Shown piece by piece: positions 37,877 through 49,299 of a stretch of DNA of 64,000 bases. How positions within the stretch are numbered: the stretch's first letter is position 1; every line of letters begins with the position of its first letter. The position numbers were made by a program, and so were the translations under genes. The DNA is from Macrostomum lignano (Eukaryota), in NCBI GenBank assembly GCA_002269645.1, contig NIVC01002729.1, forward strand, positions 33,289 to 97,288, given 5' to 3'. The notes under the pieces are model-generated. The model was not told the origin of the DNA. It did no database searches and was given only the letters and a program-made list of their open reading frames with translations.

Positions 37877-38636
37877 TTATGTCTGTGTGTGTGTCTGTCT
37901 GTCTGCCTGTCTTTGTGTCTGGCTGTCTGTCTGCCTGTCTTAGTGTCTGTCTGTCCGCCTGCCTTCTTTCTGCTTCAGTTCCAAAGCAGTTAGATCTTTA
38001 GTAATAATATTCCCAGCAGCTTGCTAAGCCACTCGCCCCGCCCCGCCATGCAGCTCCAAGCAGCTCAGCGCCTGGTTCCACCACGCCGCCAGCAGCGAGT
38101 CCATTCTGAAGCGCTACTACAAACCGGGCGCCTTCCTGCGCAGCGCCCAGACCGTCCACTGCGAGCTGTTTGCCGATCTGTCCACCTCCCTCGAGCTGCT
38201 CAACTCGCACTCTTTCGGCATCGAACTGGCCGCCTCGGCCTCCTCATCTGTGACCGCGGCCGGCCAGAACAATTCCCGCAGCAAGCCGGCCGGCCAGCAG
38301 CCGTTGAAGGCCCGGCACGACATCAAAACTCAGCAGCCGCCGCCGCCGCCGCCGCCGCAGCATCAGAGACCGGCGGCCCCGGCCCCGCCGCCCCGGGTGC
38401 AGAGCCGGCTACCCCGGCCTACCAGCTCGGCCGATTCCGCCGCCGCCTCGTCAAGCGTCTCTATTGGCAGTTCGGCCTCGTCAACGGCCTCATCCGCTGC
38501 TGCTGGCGTTAAAACCAAATCTGCCAGCTCTGGCGGCTCCGGCGGCGGCCTTCGGTCCACCCTGTCTGGCCTGATGAGGCGCCCGGGCTCGTCTTCGTCT
38601 AGCAAACAGCAGCAGCCCGGCACTGGGAAGCGCTGA
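29635..38636 (+). CDS. RUSC-like RUN-domain protein, ~1200 aa; exons 29635-29664 (tentative), 31033-31171, 32250-33118, 33557-34366, 34758-35378, 35788-36332, 38054-38636
   Basis: GT-AG junctions with matching phases. The RUN domain ([13 protein letters not shown]...[17 protein letters not shown]...[12 protein letters not shown]...[13 protein letters not shown]|SKQLSAWF...[11 protein letters not shown]...[13 protein letters not shown]) parallels the recalled RUSC1/2 RUN domain (LCPALHALVADGL...PWSVVEASVKP...RFHAFILGLLNTKQLELWF). The rest is Ala/Gln/Ser-rich low complexity. The start exon is uncertain. Confidence 0.78.
29775..30585. repeat. AG-rich low-complexity/minisatellite tract
   Basis: GGTAGAGAAGAGGGGAGAG(AGGAGA)-like units; explains ORFs 29716-30688. 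Confidence 0.9.
31183..32205. repeat. Intronic degenerate tandem array, ~21-23-bp unit
   Basis: GGAATGAGATTCAGGGAAATTAA / GGATTGAGATTCAGGAAAGTTAA variants fill the RUN-gene intron. Confidence 0.92.
33225..33515. repeat. Intronic tandem array, ~17-bp unit
   Basis: GAGGATGGGATATTTGT and variants. Confidence 0.9.
34380..34715. repeat. Intronic tandem array, 18/19-bp unit
   Basis: ATATGGGATATTTT(T)GTG(T/C) repeated; it artificially bridges ORFs 33572-35188 and 34434-35522 across an intron. Confidence 0.92.
35421..35715 (+). mobile_element. tRNA-derived CORE (MIR-like) SINE in a RUN-gene intron
   Basis: tRNA-like head (GTAGCCTTCTGG...GGGGTTCGATTCTC) followed by TGTGTCCTTGAACAAGACGCTTAACTCTGCATTGCTTCAGTTCACCCAGCTGTAAAATGGG (35499-35559). 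This aligns with the recalled MIR CORE TGTGTGACCTTGGGCAAGTCACTTAACCTCTCTGAGCCTCAGTTTCCTCATCTGTAAAATGGG. Confidence 0.72.
36367..37955. repeat. Intronic (GTCT)n-based array: homogeneous 24-bp unit, then (GT)n and degenerate (GTCT)n
   Basis: GTCTGTCTGTCTGTCTCTCTTTCA ~34 times (36410-37225), then dinucleotide and tetranucleotide repeats. Confidence 0.95.
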
Positions 38637-38702
38637 GTGAGGCTATTGCAGGCTCTGCTTTGTAGTTTACAGATGTTTTTGAATTGATATGTTCGAAGTT
38701 TT

Positions 38703-39080
38703 CAATTCAGAGTTGGGATATCTGCGCGCTTAGAGAGTAGCGCAGTTCAGAATTGGGATATCTGCGCGCTGAGAGAAGCTCAGTTCAGAGTTGGGATATC
38801 TGCGCGCTTAGAGAGCAGCGCAGTTCAGAGTTGGGATATCTGCGCGCTTAGAGAGCAACTCAGTTCAGAGTTGGGATATCTGCGCGCTTAGAGACCAACT
38901 CAGTTCAGAGTTGGGATATCTGCGCGCTTAGAGACCAGCTCAATTCAGAGTTGGGATATCTGCGCGCTTAGAGACCAGCTCAGTTCAGAGTTGGGATATC
39001 TGCGCGCTTAGAGACCAACTCAGTTCAGAGTTGGGATATCTGCGCGCTTAGAGACCAGCTCAGTTCAGAGAATGCGCGCT
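38703..39080. repeat. Tandem array, 40-bp unit, just downstream of the RUN-gene stop
   Basis: CAGTTCAGAGTTGGGATATCTGCGCGCTTAGAGACCAACT, ~9 copies. Confidence 0.93.
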
Positions 39081-40187
39081 AAAGGAAACAAAAATGCGTT
39101 CTATTATTTCTATATTTTATTCACGTTGTTGTCTATTGCATGTGTGTTCAGCTCTTTTACTCTAGTATTAAAATCTATGCATGTGCACAGCTAAGTTTAA
39201 CAAACCAAATCTGTCATTTGCTACTTACTGAAATACGTTTCTCTGCAGTAGTATGCCTGGAGAATTTGTGTGTCTTTTTGTTTCCAAGCTGCAAACCAGA
39301 CCGAGAGCGCGGACCAGCCATTCCTTTGATTTGACTGCTGGATTCGCGCTACGGTTTGCGCTGTGGCAAACTCTATACAAATATAGAGAACCCAGACTTT
39401 CCTGCGCACCGAACGCCATTTGTCATTTATCTCTAGTGATTATCGTAACTGTAGTTCTTCCATATACCACCATTCATAACTTGTTTGGTTCTTTAGGGTT
39501 AGTTAGATAACTGATTACTTGATAACTGTTTACTGATTAACTGAACAAGCTTAACCTCCCAGCATCTCTAGTCATAACCATGTTTATTAATATTATATAA
39601 TAATTATTCATTTTATCAAATTTTCCTCAACCTTGCTGTTTTGCTGTTTGTCTGTTCGTTGTGTTTTTTAAAATAAATTTTGAATCTCTAATAAAGCGAA
39701 AGTTCCATGTGATTATATAATTAGTTTTGTTATAGTCTGTCAGCTGAAGTATATTTATGTTTATATATTTACTATTTATTATACATAATCACTATAAATT
39801 TGCTTTGACTTCATTATGCTGTGTTTAAACTGTTATTAACACGTTGACTAAATGACTGCTTATTAATAATGTTATTCTGTTACCACTGTTATTAATGAGG
39901 ATCATCGATGATATTATAGTTCTCTGAATCGGTGACAGTTCACTGACTTGTGTACTATTGCGTAATGTTTCAAGCAAAGAATTAATTAATTAATTAATTA
40001 TATATTCACTGCCTTGCCACCTGCTCGACTTTGACCGACGAATTCAAGCAGATTTAAATTAAATTGAATCTTGCTTTTTGTGTCGGCCTGTTGTGTTTTA
40101 CTTTTACTGTCAAAAAAGGAAAAATTTCTTGCAGTTTTATAACTCCTTTATATGAAATAGCTCACAAAATATCCCGCCATGATGATG

Positions 40188-41543
40188 AGCTTTTCCCATC
40201 ATGAGCTTTTCCCATCATGAGCTATTCCCATCATGAGCTGCTTCCATCATGAGCTATTCCCATCATGAGCCATTCCCATCATGAGCTGCTTCCATCATGA
40301 GCTATTCCCATCATGAGCTATTCCCATCATGAGCTGCTTCCATCATGAGCTATTCCCATCATGAGCCATTCCCATCATGAGCCATTCCCATCATGAGCTA
40401 TTCCCATCATGAGCTATTCCCATCATGAGCCATTCCCATCATGAGCTATTCCCATCATGAGCTATTCCCATCATGAACTTTTCCCATCATGAGCTATTCC
40501 CATCATGAGCTATTCCCATCATGAGCTATTCCCATCATGAGCCATTCCCATCATGAGCTATTCCCATCATGAGCTTTTCCCATCATGAGCTATTCCCATC
40601 ATGAGCTGCTTCCATCATGAGCTATTCCCATCATGAGCCATTCCCATCATGAGCTGCTTCCATCATGAGCTATTCCCATCATGAGCTATTCCCATCATGA
40701 ACTATTCCCATCATGAGCTATTCCCATCATGAGCTATTCCCATCATGAGCTATTCCCATCATGAGCCATTCCCATCATGAGCCATTCCCATCATGAGCTA
40801 TTCCCATCATGAGCTATTCCCATCATGAGCTATTCCCATCATGAGCCATTCCCATCATGAGCTATTCCCATCATGAACTTTTCCCATCATGAGCTATTCC
40901 CATCATGAGCTATTCCCATCATGAGCCATTCCCATCATGAGCCATTCCCATCATGAGCTATTCCCATCATGAGCTATTCCCATCATGAGCTATTCCCATC
41001 ATGAGCCATTCCCATCATGAGCTATTCCCATCATGAGCTATTCCCATCATGAACTATTCCCATCATGAGCTATTCCCATCATGAGCTATTCCCATCATGA
41101 GCTATTCCCATCATGAACTTTTCCCATCATGAGCTATTCCCATCATGAACTATTCCCATCATGAGCTCTTCCCATCATGAGCTCTTCCCATCATGAACTA
41201 TTTCCATCATGAGCTCTTCCCATCATGAACTATTCCCATCATGAGCTATTCCCATCATGAACTATTCCCATCATGAGCTATTCCCATCATGAACTATTCC
41301 CATCATGAGCTCTTCCCATCATGAACTGCTCCCATCATGAGCTATTCCCATCATGAACTATTCCCATCATGAGCTATTCCCATCATGAGCTATTCCCATC
41401 ATGAGCTATTCCCATCATGAGCTATTCCCATCATGAGCCATTCCCATCATGAGCTGCTTCCATCATGAGCTGCTTCCATCATGAGCTATTCCCATCATGA
41501 GCTATTCCCATCATGAGCTGCTTCCATCATGAGCTATTCCCAA
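40188..41543. repeat. Tandem array, 16-bp unit
   Basis: ATGAGCTATTCCCATC, ~85 copies; palindromic TCATGA at each unit junction. Confidence 0.95.
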
Positions 41544-42384
41544 TGTGACCGGAGCTGGAGGTCGCTTTGATCGCGATAGAGTGGGTCTTGAAGTGTCTAC
41601 GTGGACTCCTCATTTAGCCTGATAGAATTACGGGGATTTTCAGCGCCATCGAAATCGAAGCTAAGAAGTTCTATCTTAAGTTCTATCTTCTATCTAAGAA
41701 CTTCTAACTTAGAAGTTCTAAGTTCTACTATAAATATATAGTAGAATAGCAAATTGCTAGTATCTAATTATGCTACTTAATTCGAATTTTCAGTAGTACC
41801 ATCATGATTCTGTTTCCAGTTTAAGTTCAACCATATGTTTCCTACAGAGTTGTCTTTCAATATTTGCAGAAGCCAGTCAGCTCTGTGTGAAACGCTCGTG
41901 TTTATATTGCCCCATTTCTATGAAGTTGGATTGCCCGATAAAGTGCGCGCTATCCAATCCACTGCAAGCTGATACATGTCGGGCCGAGGCCACTGGCGCG
42001 TGCTCGCTAAACGTCGTGTCCCTCCTACAAAGGCAAACACTTGGGGGAGGGGTCCGAGTTTTCAATGTCCAACTGGAGGGTAACTTACAATAAGCATGCA
42101 GGTTCTGTTGCTGAGTGTGCAATACTTTGTAGGGAATTAATTTACTCAGCACTCGAATATGTTGGGCTGAATTTTTGACACAATGGATAGAAGGGACCGG
42201 CGCTGTGATGCGGGGCTTAACAGCGATGCAATAATGCACAGAGACATCTGCCAGTCAGGAATAAGCAGTTGGCTAAGTTTATGTGAGCTTTTTATACACT
42301 CTTGCGAGTTGAGTAGTTCTGGTTATTTTCCTGCGACAGTTTCACTTTGTGTTCTCTTACCACCGCTAATGTCTGTCACCTATA

Positions 42385-42962
42385 GCTATGTCCAGTGTCT
42401 GTCTCCACCCTCCGTGTCTATCCCCAGTGTCTGTCTCCAGTGTCTGTCTCCACTCTCCGTGTTTATCCCCAGTTTCTATCTCCACCCTCCGTGTTTATCT
42501 CCAGTGTCTATCTCCACTCTGTGTCTATCTCCACTCTCTGTGTTTATCCCCAGTGTCTGTCTCCAGTGTCTGTCTCCACTCTCCGTGTTTATCGCCAGTT
42601 CTATCTCCACTCTCTGTGTCTATCTCCACTCTCCGTGTTTATCCCCTGTGTCTATCTCAACCCCTCCGTGTTAATCCCAGTGTCTGTCTCCACCCTCCGT
42701 GTTTATCGCCAGTTCTGTCTCCACTCTCCGTGTTTATCTCCACCCTCCGTGTTTATCCCAGTGTCTGTCTCCACCCTCCGTGTTTATCCCCAGTGTCTGT
42801 TTCCAACCTCCGTGTTTATCCCCAGTGTCTGTCTCCACTCTCCGTGTTTATCTCCACCCTCCGTGTCTATCTCCAGTGTCTATCTCCAGTGTCTATCGCC
42901 AGTGTCTATATCCACCCTCCGTGTCTATCTCCAGTGTTTATCTTCACTCTCTGTGTCTATCT
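42385..42962. repeat. Degenerate tandem array, ~32-bp unit with shorter subunits
   Basis: CTCCAC(C/T)CTCCGTGTTTATCCCCAGTGTCTGT variants. Confidence 0.88.
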
Positions 42963-42964
42963 CA

Positions 42965-44245
42965 GCCAGTCAGGCATGATAGAGACAGCAGCCTCCTCCA
43001 TGTCAATCTCATAGCCAGTCAGGCAGTATAGAGACAGCAGCCTCCTCCATGTCAATCTCATAGCCAGTCAGGCATGATAGAGACAGCAGCCTCCTCCATG
43101 TCAATCTCATAGCCAGTCAGGCAGTATAGAGACAGCAGCCTCCTCCATGTCAATCTCATAGCCAGTCAGGCAGTATAGAGACAGCAGCCTCCTCCATGTC
43201 AATCTCATAGCCAGTCAGGCAGTATAGAGACAGCAGCCTCCTCCATGTCAATCTCATAGCCAGTCAGGCAGTATAGAGACAGCAGCCTCCTCCATGTCAA
43301 TCTCATAGCCAGTCAGGCAGTATAGAGACAGCAGCCTCCTCCATGTCAATCTCATAGCCAGTCAGGCAGTATAGAGACAGCAGCCTCCTCCATGTCAATC
43401 TCATAGCCAGTCAGGCAGTATAGAGACAGCAGCCTCCTCCATGTCAATCTCATAGCCAGTCAGGCAGTATAGAGACAGCAGCCTCCTCCATGTCAATCTC
43501 ATAGTCAGGAAGGGCAGTATAGAGACAGCAGCCTCCTCCATGTCAATCTCATAGCCAGTCAGGCAGTATAGAGACAGCAGCCTCCTCCATGTCAATCTCA
43601 TAGTCAGGAAGGGCAGTATAGAGACAGCAGCCTCCTCCATGTCAATCTCATAGCCAGTCAGGCAGTATAGAGACAGCAGCCTCCTCCATGTCAATCTCAT
43701 AGTCAGGAAGGGCAGTATAGAGACAGCAGCCTCCTCCATGTCAATCTCATAGTCAGGAAGGGCAGTATAGAGACAGCAGCCTCCTCCATGTCAATCTCAT
43801 AGCCAGTCAGGCAGTATAGAGACAGCAGCCTCCTCCATGTCAATCTCATAGCCAGTCAGGCAGTATAGAGACAGCAGCCTCCTCCATGTCAATCTCATAG
43901 TCAGGAAGGGCAGTATAGAGACAGCAGCCTCCTCCATGTCAATCTCATAGCCAGTCAGGCAGTATAGAGACAGCAGCCTCCTCCATGTCAATCTCATAGC
44001 CAGTCAGGCAGTATAGAGACAGCAGCCTCCTCCATGTCAATCTCATAGTCAGGAAGGGCAGTATAGAGACAGCAGCCTCCTCCATGTTAATCTCATAGTC
44101 AGGAAGGGCAGTATAGAGACAGCAGCCTCCTCCATGTCAATCTCATAGCCAGTCAGGCAGTATAGAGACAGCAGCCTCCTCCATGTCAATCTCATAGTCA
44201 GGAAGGGCAGGATAGAGACAGCAGCCTCCTCCATATCAACCTCTA
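42965..44245. repeat. Tandem array of two interleaved unit types, 49 and 50 bp
   Basis: TAGAGACAGCAGCCTCCTCCATGTCAATCTCATAG followed by CCAGTCAGGCAGTA (49) or TCAGGAAGGGCAGTA (50). Confidence 0.95.
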
Positions 44246-44744
44246 TCCCCGTCACACTCCAGTACGCCGCCCAGTGTGAGCAGGGCATTTTGACTTCTTT
44301 CCAACAGAACCGCCTACTGCTTGGACAGGGAAATCTATCTTGAGGCCAGGAGAAATTCAATAAACCCCCGCCCTCCTCCGCTGCCTTATTCCTTCCGCTT
44401 AGTTCCTCAGTATCCGCTCTTGCAGTTCCGTCCGCAATGTCCAGCTCAAAAATGCATTAGCAGTTCCGTCGCGTTTTTGAAGTTGCCTCTGAGAAAGGGC
44501 GCATTGTAGCTCTCAGTGCTGCTATATTTCCGCAAATTCGATTTCCCACGCGATAAAAATAACTTGGCAAGGCAATTTACGAGTCAGTTGCTAACGGCAT
44601 TGTGTGCACTCCTGGAGTCCTAAACTGTCTGGGCTTGTAGCAGACGCCCACACATTGGGGAATGAGATTTTAATGTGATAATGACACCTACGATTGCGAT
44701 AAGAGGGAACCAAACAAATGGCTGAGCTGTATCTCAGTAGTGCC

Positions 44745-45320
44745 AAAATGGACCCAAAGATGGCGCCAAAATCGACCGAAGGATGGCGCCAAAATAGACC
44801 CAAGGACGGCGCTAAAATAGACCCAAGGATAGCGCAAAAATGAAACTAAGGATGGCGCCAAAATCGACCCAAGGATGGCGCCAAAATCGAGCCAAGGATG
44901 GCGCCAAAATCGACCCAAGGATGGCGCCAAAATCGACCCAAAGATGGCGCCAAAATCGATCCAAGGATGGCGCCAAAATAGACCTAAATATGGCACCAAA
45001 ATGAAACTAAGGATGGCGCCAAAATCGATCCAAAGATGGCGCCAAAATCGACCCAATAATGGCGCCAAAAAGACCCAAGGATGGCGCCACAATGAATCTT
45101 AAACATAACGCTAAAATGGACCCAAGGATGGTGCTACAATGGGCCTCAGACATAGCGCCAAAATGGACGTTAAGTATAGCACCAAGATGGATCTCAAGTA
45201 TAGCACCAAAATGGACCTTAAGTATAGCACCAAAATGGACCTTAAGTATAGCGCCAAAATGGATCTTAAGTACCAGTACAGCACCAAAATGGACCTTAAG
45301 TACCGGTATAGCGCCAAAAT
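44745..45320. repeat. Tandem array grading from 23-bp to 24-bp units
   Basis: GGATGGCGCCAAAATCGACCCAA grading into GTATAGCACCAAAATGGACCTTAA. Confidence 0.9.
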
Positions 45321-46674
45321 AGGCCTTGATAGCATTACAAAACAGACTGCACCAACAAAATAACTGGTATCCAGAAAAAACGTTTAAACAGCCTAAAAAA
45401 TAAGAGAGTTCGATAAAGTTCGGCAGCACGCAGCGATACAGCTGCACACACACACACAGATGTCTTATGTTGCACACGCATGGCTAGCAACCGGGTCAGC
45501 GTCATCATGCAAAGCAAATTAGTTGCCACATCGCATATAAAAGGGAATTACTGTATCCTATCAATAGCTACCGTGCCTATTGGATGGGTGTCTAAATAAA
45601 TTACCCCACGCGACAGGCCTCGCTGCTCTGTTTAAGAGACAGACGCATGAAAAGAGGGAAGGCGAGAGAGGCCTAATTGCTTTCCGCCCAAAGAAGCTTT
45701 CCGCTCAAGGCGGCTCCGGGATCGGCGAGATGAAATGTAGCAGCGGAGTTCCGCCGCCGCCCCTCAGTTCCTCCAATGTCCCTCGGGGGGGGGGGGGGCT
45801 GCTCTGTAAAGCCGAACGGGAACGGCTAGATGAAAATACGAGGAAGGAATTCGGCTTAGGAGGCTGCGTGATGGCGGCTTGCCTTAGCCTTCGGTTTCGG
45901 GCCAAAGTAGACCGAACAGCCCGCGATAATGAATATGCCGGGCCGGCCTTAGTATAGGATATCTCCAGGGGAACTTCTGACAGAAACTTTTCCATCTTCC
46001 TGCGCGCCTTCGCAGGATCCGACAAGAGACGGGGGTTCGAGATGAATTGGGAGAGGGAGAGTGAGGAAAAATTCCCCTCCCTTACCAGATTCTCTACCCA
46101 GCTCCCCCCTCCCTCTCCTGTCACACTTGCCCGGACTGCAGCTCTCACACCGCCCGCACCAGGGGTTGGGGTTGCGGCTAATCCCATTCACATCGGCGCG
46201 CATATCTTTGGTGAAATCCTAGCGTGCACAGGGCTTGGGCGGGGCAGGCAGGCAGTCAGGCATACCAAACTGCGGCTGCTGCCCCCTTCCCTGTACTTCA
46301 GACGGTGGAGGGGGGCTTGCAATGTCGATCTGGGCTTTGGTTCCCTCCTCTCTCGCAATTTCCACCCTCGTCTCCGCTCTCTCCTCTCTCTACCCCTCTC
46401 TGGTCTTCCGACTGGGCCAGCCCCCCCCCGCCCCAGTGACACGAGGAGGAAGGCGGGCTGGCGGGCCAGGACTAAAGGCGGGAGGCCCAGAGTTTATCGG
46501 TTGGATAGAAAGGCAAAAAGGCTTGAAGTGGAAAAGGTGGCCGTTAGTTTTGCCTGAAGGCCTTGCTTGGTTCTAGCGTAGCTTGTATCGGATTTTCAGC
46601 CGGGGCCGAAGCAGCGAATCTCGGTTAGGACAGATCGTTTTTATCATTCTTCAAGCCTCAGTCACAGCCGCAAC

Positions 46675-47835
46675 ATGAGTGGCAAGAAAGTGGTGCAAAT
46701 TCCGCCCGGCTTCAAAGACCTGCTGCAGGACTTCACTGTGGCTGTGCTCAAGGAGACGCCTGAGGATGTCGTGGAATTCGCAATCGAGTATTTCACCAGG
46801 CTGCGCATGGAAAAAATCTCGCAGAGTCAGGAGGGGGCCGAGGCCGCCGCCGAAGCTGCCGAAGCCGACTCAGACATCGACGACGAGCCTATGCAGGCGC
46901 CGCCGCCGCGTCGCGGACCTCGCCGAGTTGCCGTCGCCGGCGAGAGCTTCGACCCGGAAAAAGAGGACGACGACGACACTCCGGTAGTGAACCACCCCAA
47001 GACCGAGGAGCAGCGGCAGCGCCTGAACGAGGCCGTCAAGCACATCCTGCTGTTCCGCTGCCTGGACGAGGACCAGATGCGTGACGTCATCAACGCCATG
47101 TTCGAGCGGCGCTGCCAGCCGGGCGAGAAGGTCATCACGCAGGGCGAGGACGGCGACAATTTCTACGTGATCGAGTCGGGAGTCTACGACATCTACGTCC
47201 TGATCAACGGCCAGGACACCAAGGTCGGCCAGTACGATAACAAAGGCTCCTTCGGCGAGCTCGCCCTGATGTACAACGCTCCGCGGGCTGCCACCATCCA
47301 ATGCGCCTCCTCCGGCAGCATCTGGGCGATGGACCGTGACACTTTCCGACGTCTGGTGCTGAAGAAGGCCTTCCAGAAGCGAGTGATGTACGAGAACCTC
47401 ATCGACTCCGTGCCGCTGCTCAAGGAGCTGGCGCCCTACGAACGGATGAACATCGCCGACGCGTTGAAGTCCCGCGTGTACGAAGACGGCGACTGCATCA
47501 TCGTCCAGGGCGACGTTGGCAACGAGATGTACTTTATCGAGGATGGCGAGGTGCGAATCACGCGGAAAACCCAGGACGGCAGCGGCGAGATGGAGCTGTC
47601 CAGACTGCAGAAGGGCGGCTACTTCGGCGAGCTGGCCCTGCTGACCAAGCAGCCCCGAGCCGCCAATGTCTACGCCTGCGGCGGCAAGTGCAAAGTAGCC
47701 GTGCTGGACGTCGGCTCGTTCGAGCGGTTGCTCGGCCCCTGCCTGGACATCATGCGCCGCTCCATCGACAACTACCAGCAGCAGCTCACCAGTCTGTTCG
47801 GCAGCATGGAGGCCGTGCCCGACCTGCGCGCCTGA
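46675..47835 (+). CDS. PRKAR2: cAMP-dependent protein kinase type II regulatory subunit, 386 aa, intronless CDS
   Basis: RII-type D/D domain [35 protein letters not shown]; inhibitor site RRVAV; two cAMP-binding cassettes [18 protein letters not shown] and [18 protein letters not shown]. Confidence 0.95.
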   Translation: MSGKKVVQIPPGFKDLLQDFTVAVLKETPEDVVEFAIEYFTRLRMEKISQSQEGAEAAAEAAEADSDIDDEPMQAPPPRRGPRRVAVAGESFDPEKEDDDDTPVVNHPKTEEQRQRLNEAVKHILLFRCLDEDQMRDVINAMFERRCQPGEKVITQGEDGDNFYVIESGVYDIYVLINGQDTKVGQYDNKGSFGELALMYNAPRAATIQCASSGSIWAMDRDTFRRLVLKKAFQKRVMYENLIDSVPLLKELAPYERMNIADALKSRVYEDGDCIIVQGDVGNEMYFIEDGEVRITRKTQDGSGEMELSRLQKGGYFGELALLTKQPRAANVYACGGKCKVAVLDVGSFERLLGPCLDIMRRSIDNYQQQLTSLFGSMEAVPDLRA

Positions 47836-47914
47836 GTTGGCTGGGGCTCCGCATCTGCCCCCCCCCCCTAGCTCTGCATCTGCTATCAGCCTGGCTGCCT
47901 TTCCAGACTGCAGC

Positions 47915-48660
47915 GCCTTCCTGTCTCTCCAGCCCCTCCTGTCTCTCCCAACCCCTTCCTGTCTCTCTCATCTCTTCCTGTCTCTCCCAACCCCTTCCTG
48001 TCTCTCTCATCTCTTCCTGTCTCTCCCAACCCCTTCCTGTCTCTCCCAACCCCTTCCTGTCTCTCTCAGATCATTCCCGTCTCTCCCAACTCTTTCCTGT
48101 CTTCCTCAACCCTTTCCTGTCTCCCTCAACCCTTTCCTGTCTTCCTCAACCCCTACCTGTCTCTCCCAACCCCTTCCTGTCTTCCTCAACCCTTTCCTGT
48201 CTTCCTCAACCCCTTCCAGTCTCTCCAAACCCCTTTCTGTCTCTCCAAACCCCTTCCTGTCTCTCCCAACCCCTTCCTGTCTCTCCCAACCCCTTCCTGT
48301 CTCTCCCAACCCCTTCCTGTCTCTCTCACCCCTTCCAGTCTCTCCAAACCCCTTCCAGTCTCTCCAAACCCCTTTCTGTCTCTCCAAACCCCTTCCTGTC
48401 TCTCCCAACCCCTTCCTGTCTCTCCCAACCCCTTCCTGTCTCTCTCACCCCTTCCAGTCTCTCCAAACCCCTTTCTGTCTCTCCAAACCCCTTCCTGTCT
48501 CTCCAAACCCCTTCCTGTCACTCCCAACCCCTTCCTGTCTCTCTCACCCCTTCCTGTCTCTCCCAACCCATTCCTGTCTCTCTCACCCCTTCCCGTCTCT
48601 CCCAACCCCTTCCTGTCTCTCTCACCCCTTCCTGTCTCTCCCAAATCCTTCCCGTCTCTC
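47915..48660. repeat. Pyrimidine-rich minisatellite, ~20/21-bp unit
   Basis: CCCCTTCCTGTCTCTCCCAAC variants; same family as 58275-58965 and 59330-59935. Confidence 0.92.
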
Positions 48661-49299
48661 TACCCCAACGCACTAAAAGCAATTTCTCAACCCAACGAGC
48701 TGCCGGCTAACAAAATCGAGTTGAAAAGTTGGAACGCGAAAAAGATTGGCCTGACCACTATTGTGTTTAGACTGACACTTAGTTATTAAAATGCTATGCA
48801 TACTTAGCTACTAATAAACAATCTCATTCGTTTATCCATTTTTCGTGTGCCCCCACGTAATTTTGTTTGTTATTTTCAGTCGAATCCATCTAATCTTCTT
48901 AAAACTAAAGTTACAAACAATGTCATAGTATGGAGTTCGACATGTTTTTTATTTAGGCCTCGCTTAATAAAAATGTCTGTTTGAATTGCTGCAATTGTTT
49001 TAACAATATTTTCTCAAGCTGTCTTAAGTTGAGTAGATATTCGAATTTCGGCGTAGCTGACCAGAGACCGCACATGCCGCACAGAACCCACATGCACTGC
49101 CGCCGAATTTTGCACGGCCTTCCCCATCCAACAGCTTCAGCAGCTCTTGCCCCGGCACTCTTGTTAGCTGGCGCTTTGAAATGTGCGTACAGAAAGCCGA
49201 AACTTTAGAAATTTAAATTCTAACAATACAAAGAAGCATTCAAACAAAAATTCCACTTTTGTTTTGAAGTATTTTTTGTCTGATTTAAAAAAACGACCG

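Noticed and set aside
33572-37943. ORFs 33572-35188, 34434-35522 and 36210-37943 as single CDSs
   Set aside because: They read through introns filled with stop-poor arrays; only the exonic parts are coding.
37979-38001. Alternative acceptor giving PKQLDL*
   Set aside because: Wrong phase and an immediate stop; the acceptor at 38053 gives the full RUN C-terminus.
41877-46187. Possible minus-strand gene from ORFs 45705-46187, 44250-44330 and 41877-42239
   Set aside because: No recognisable domain and no convincing phase-matched splice chain.
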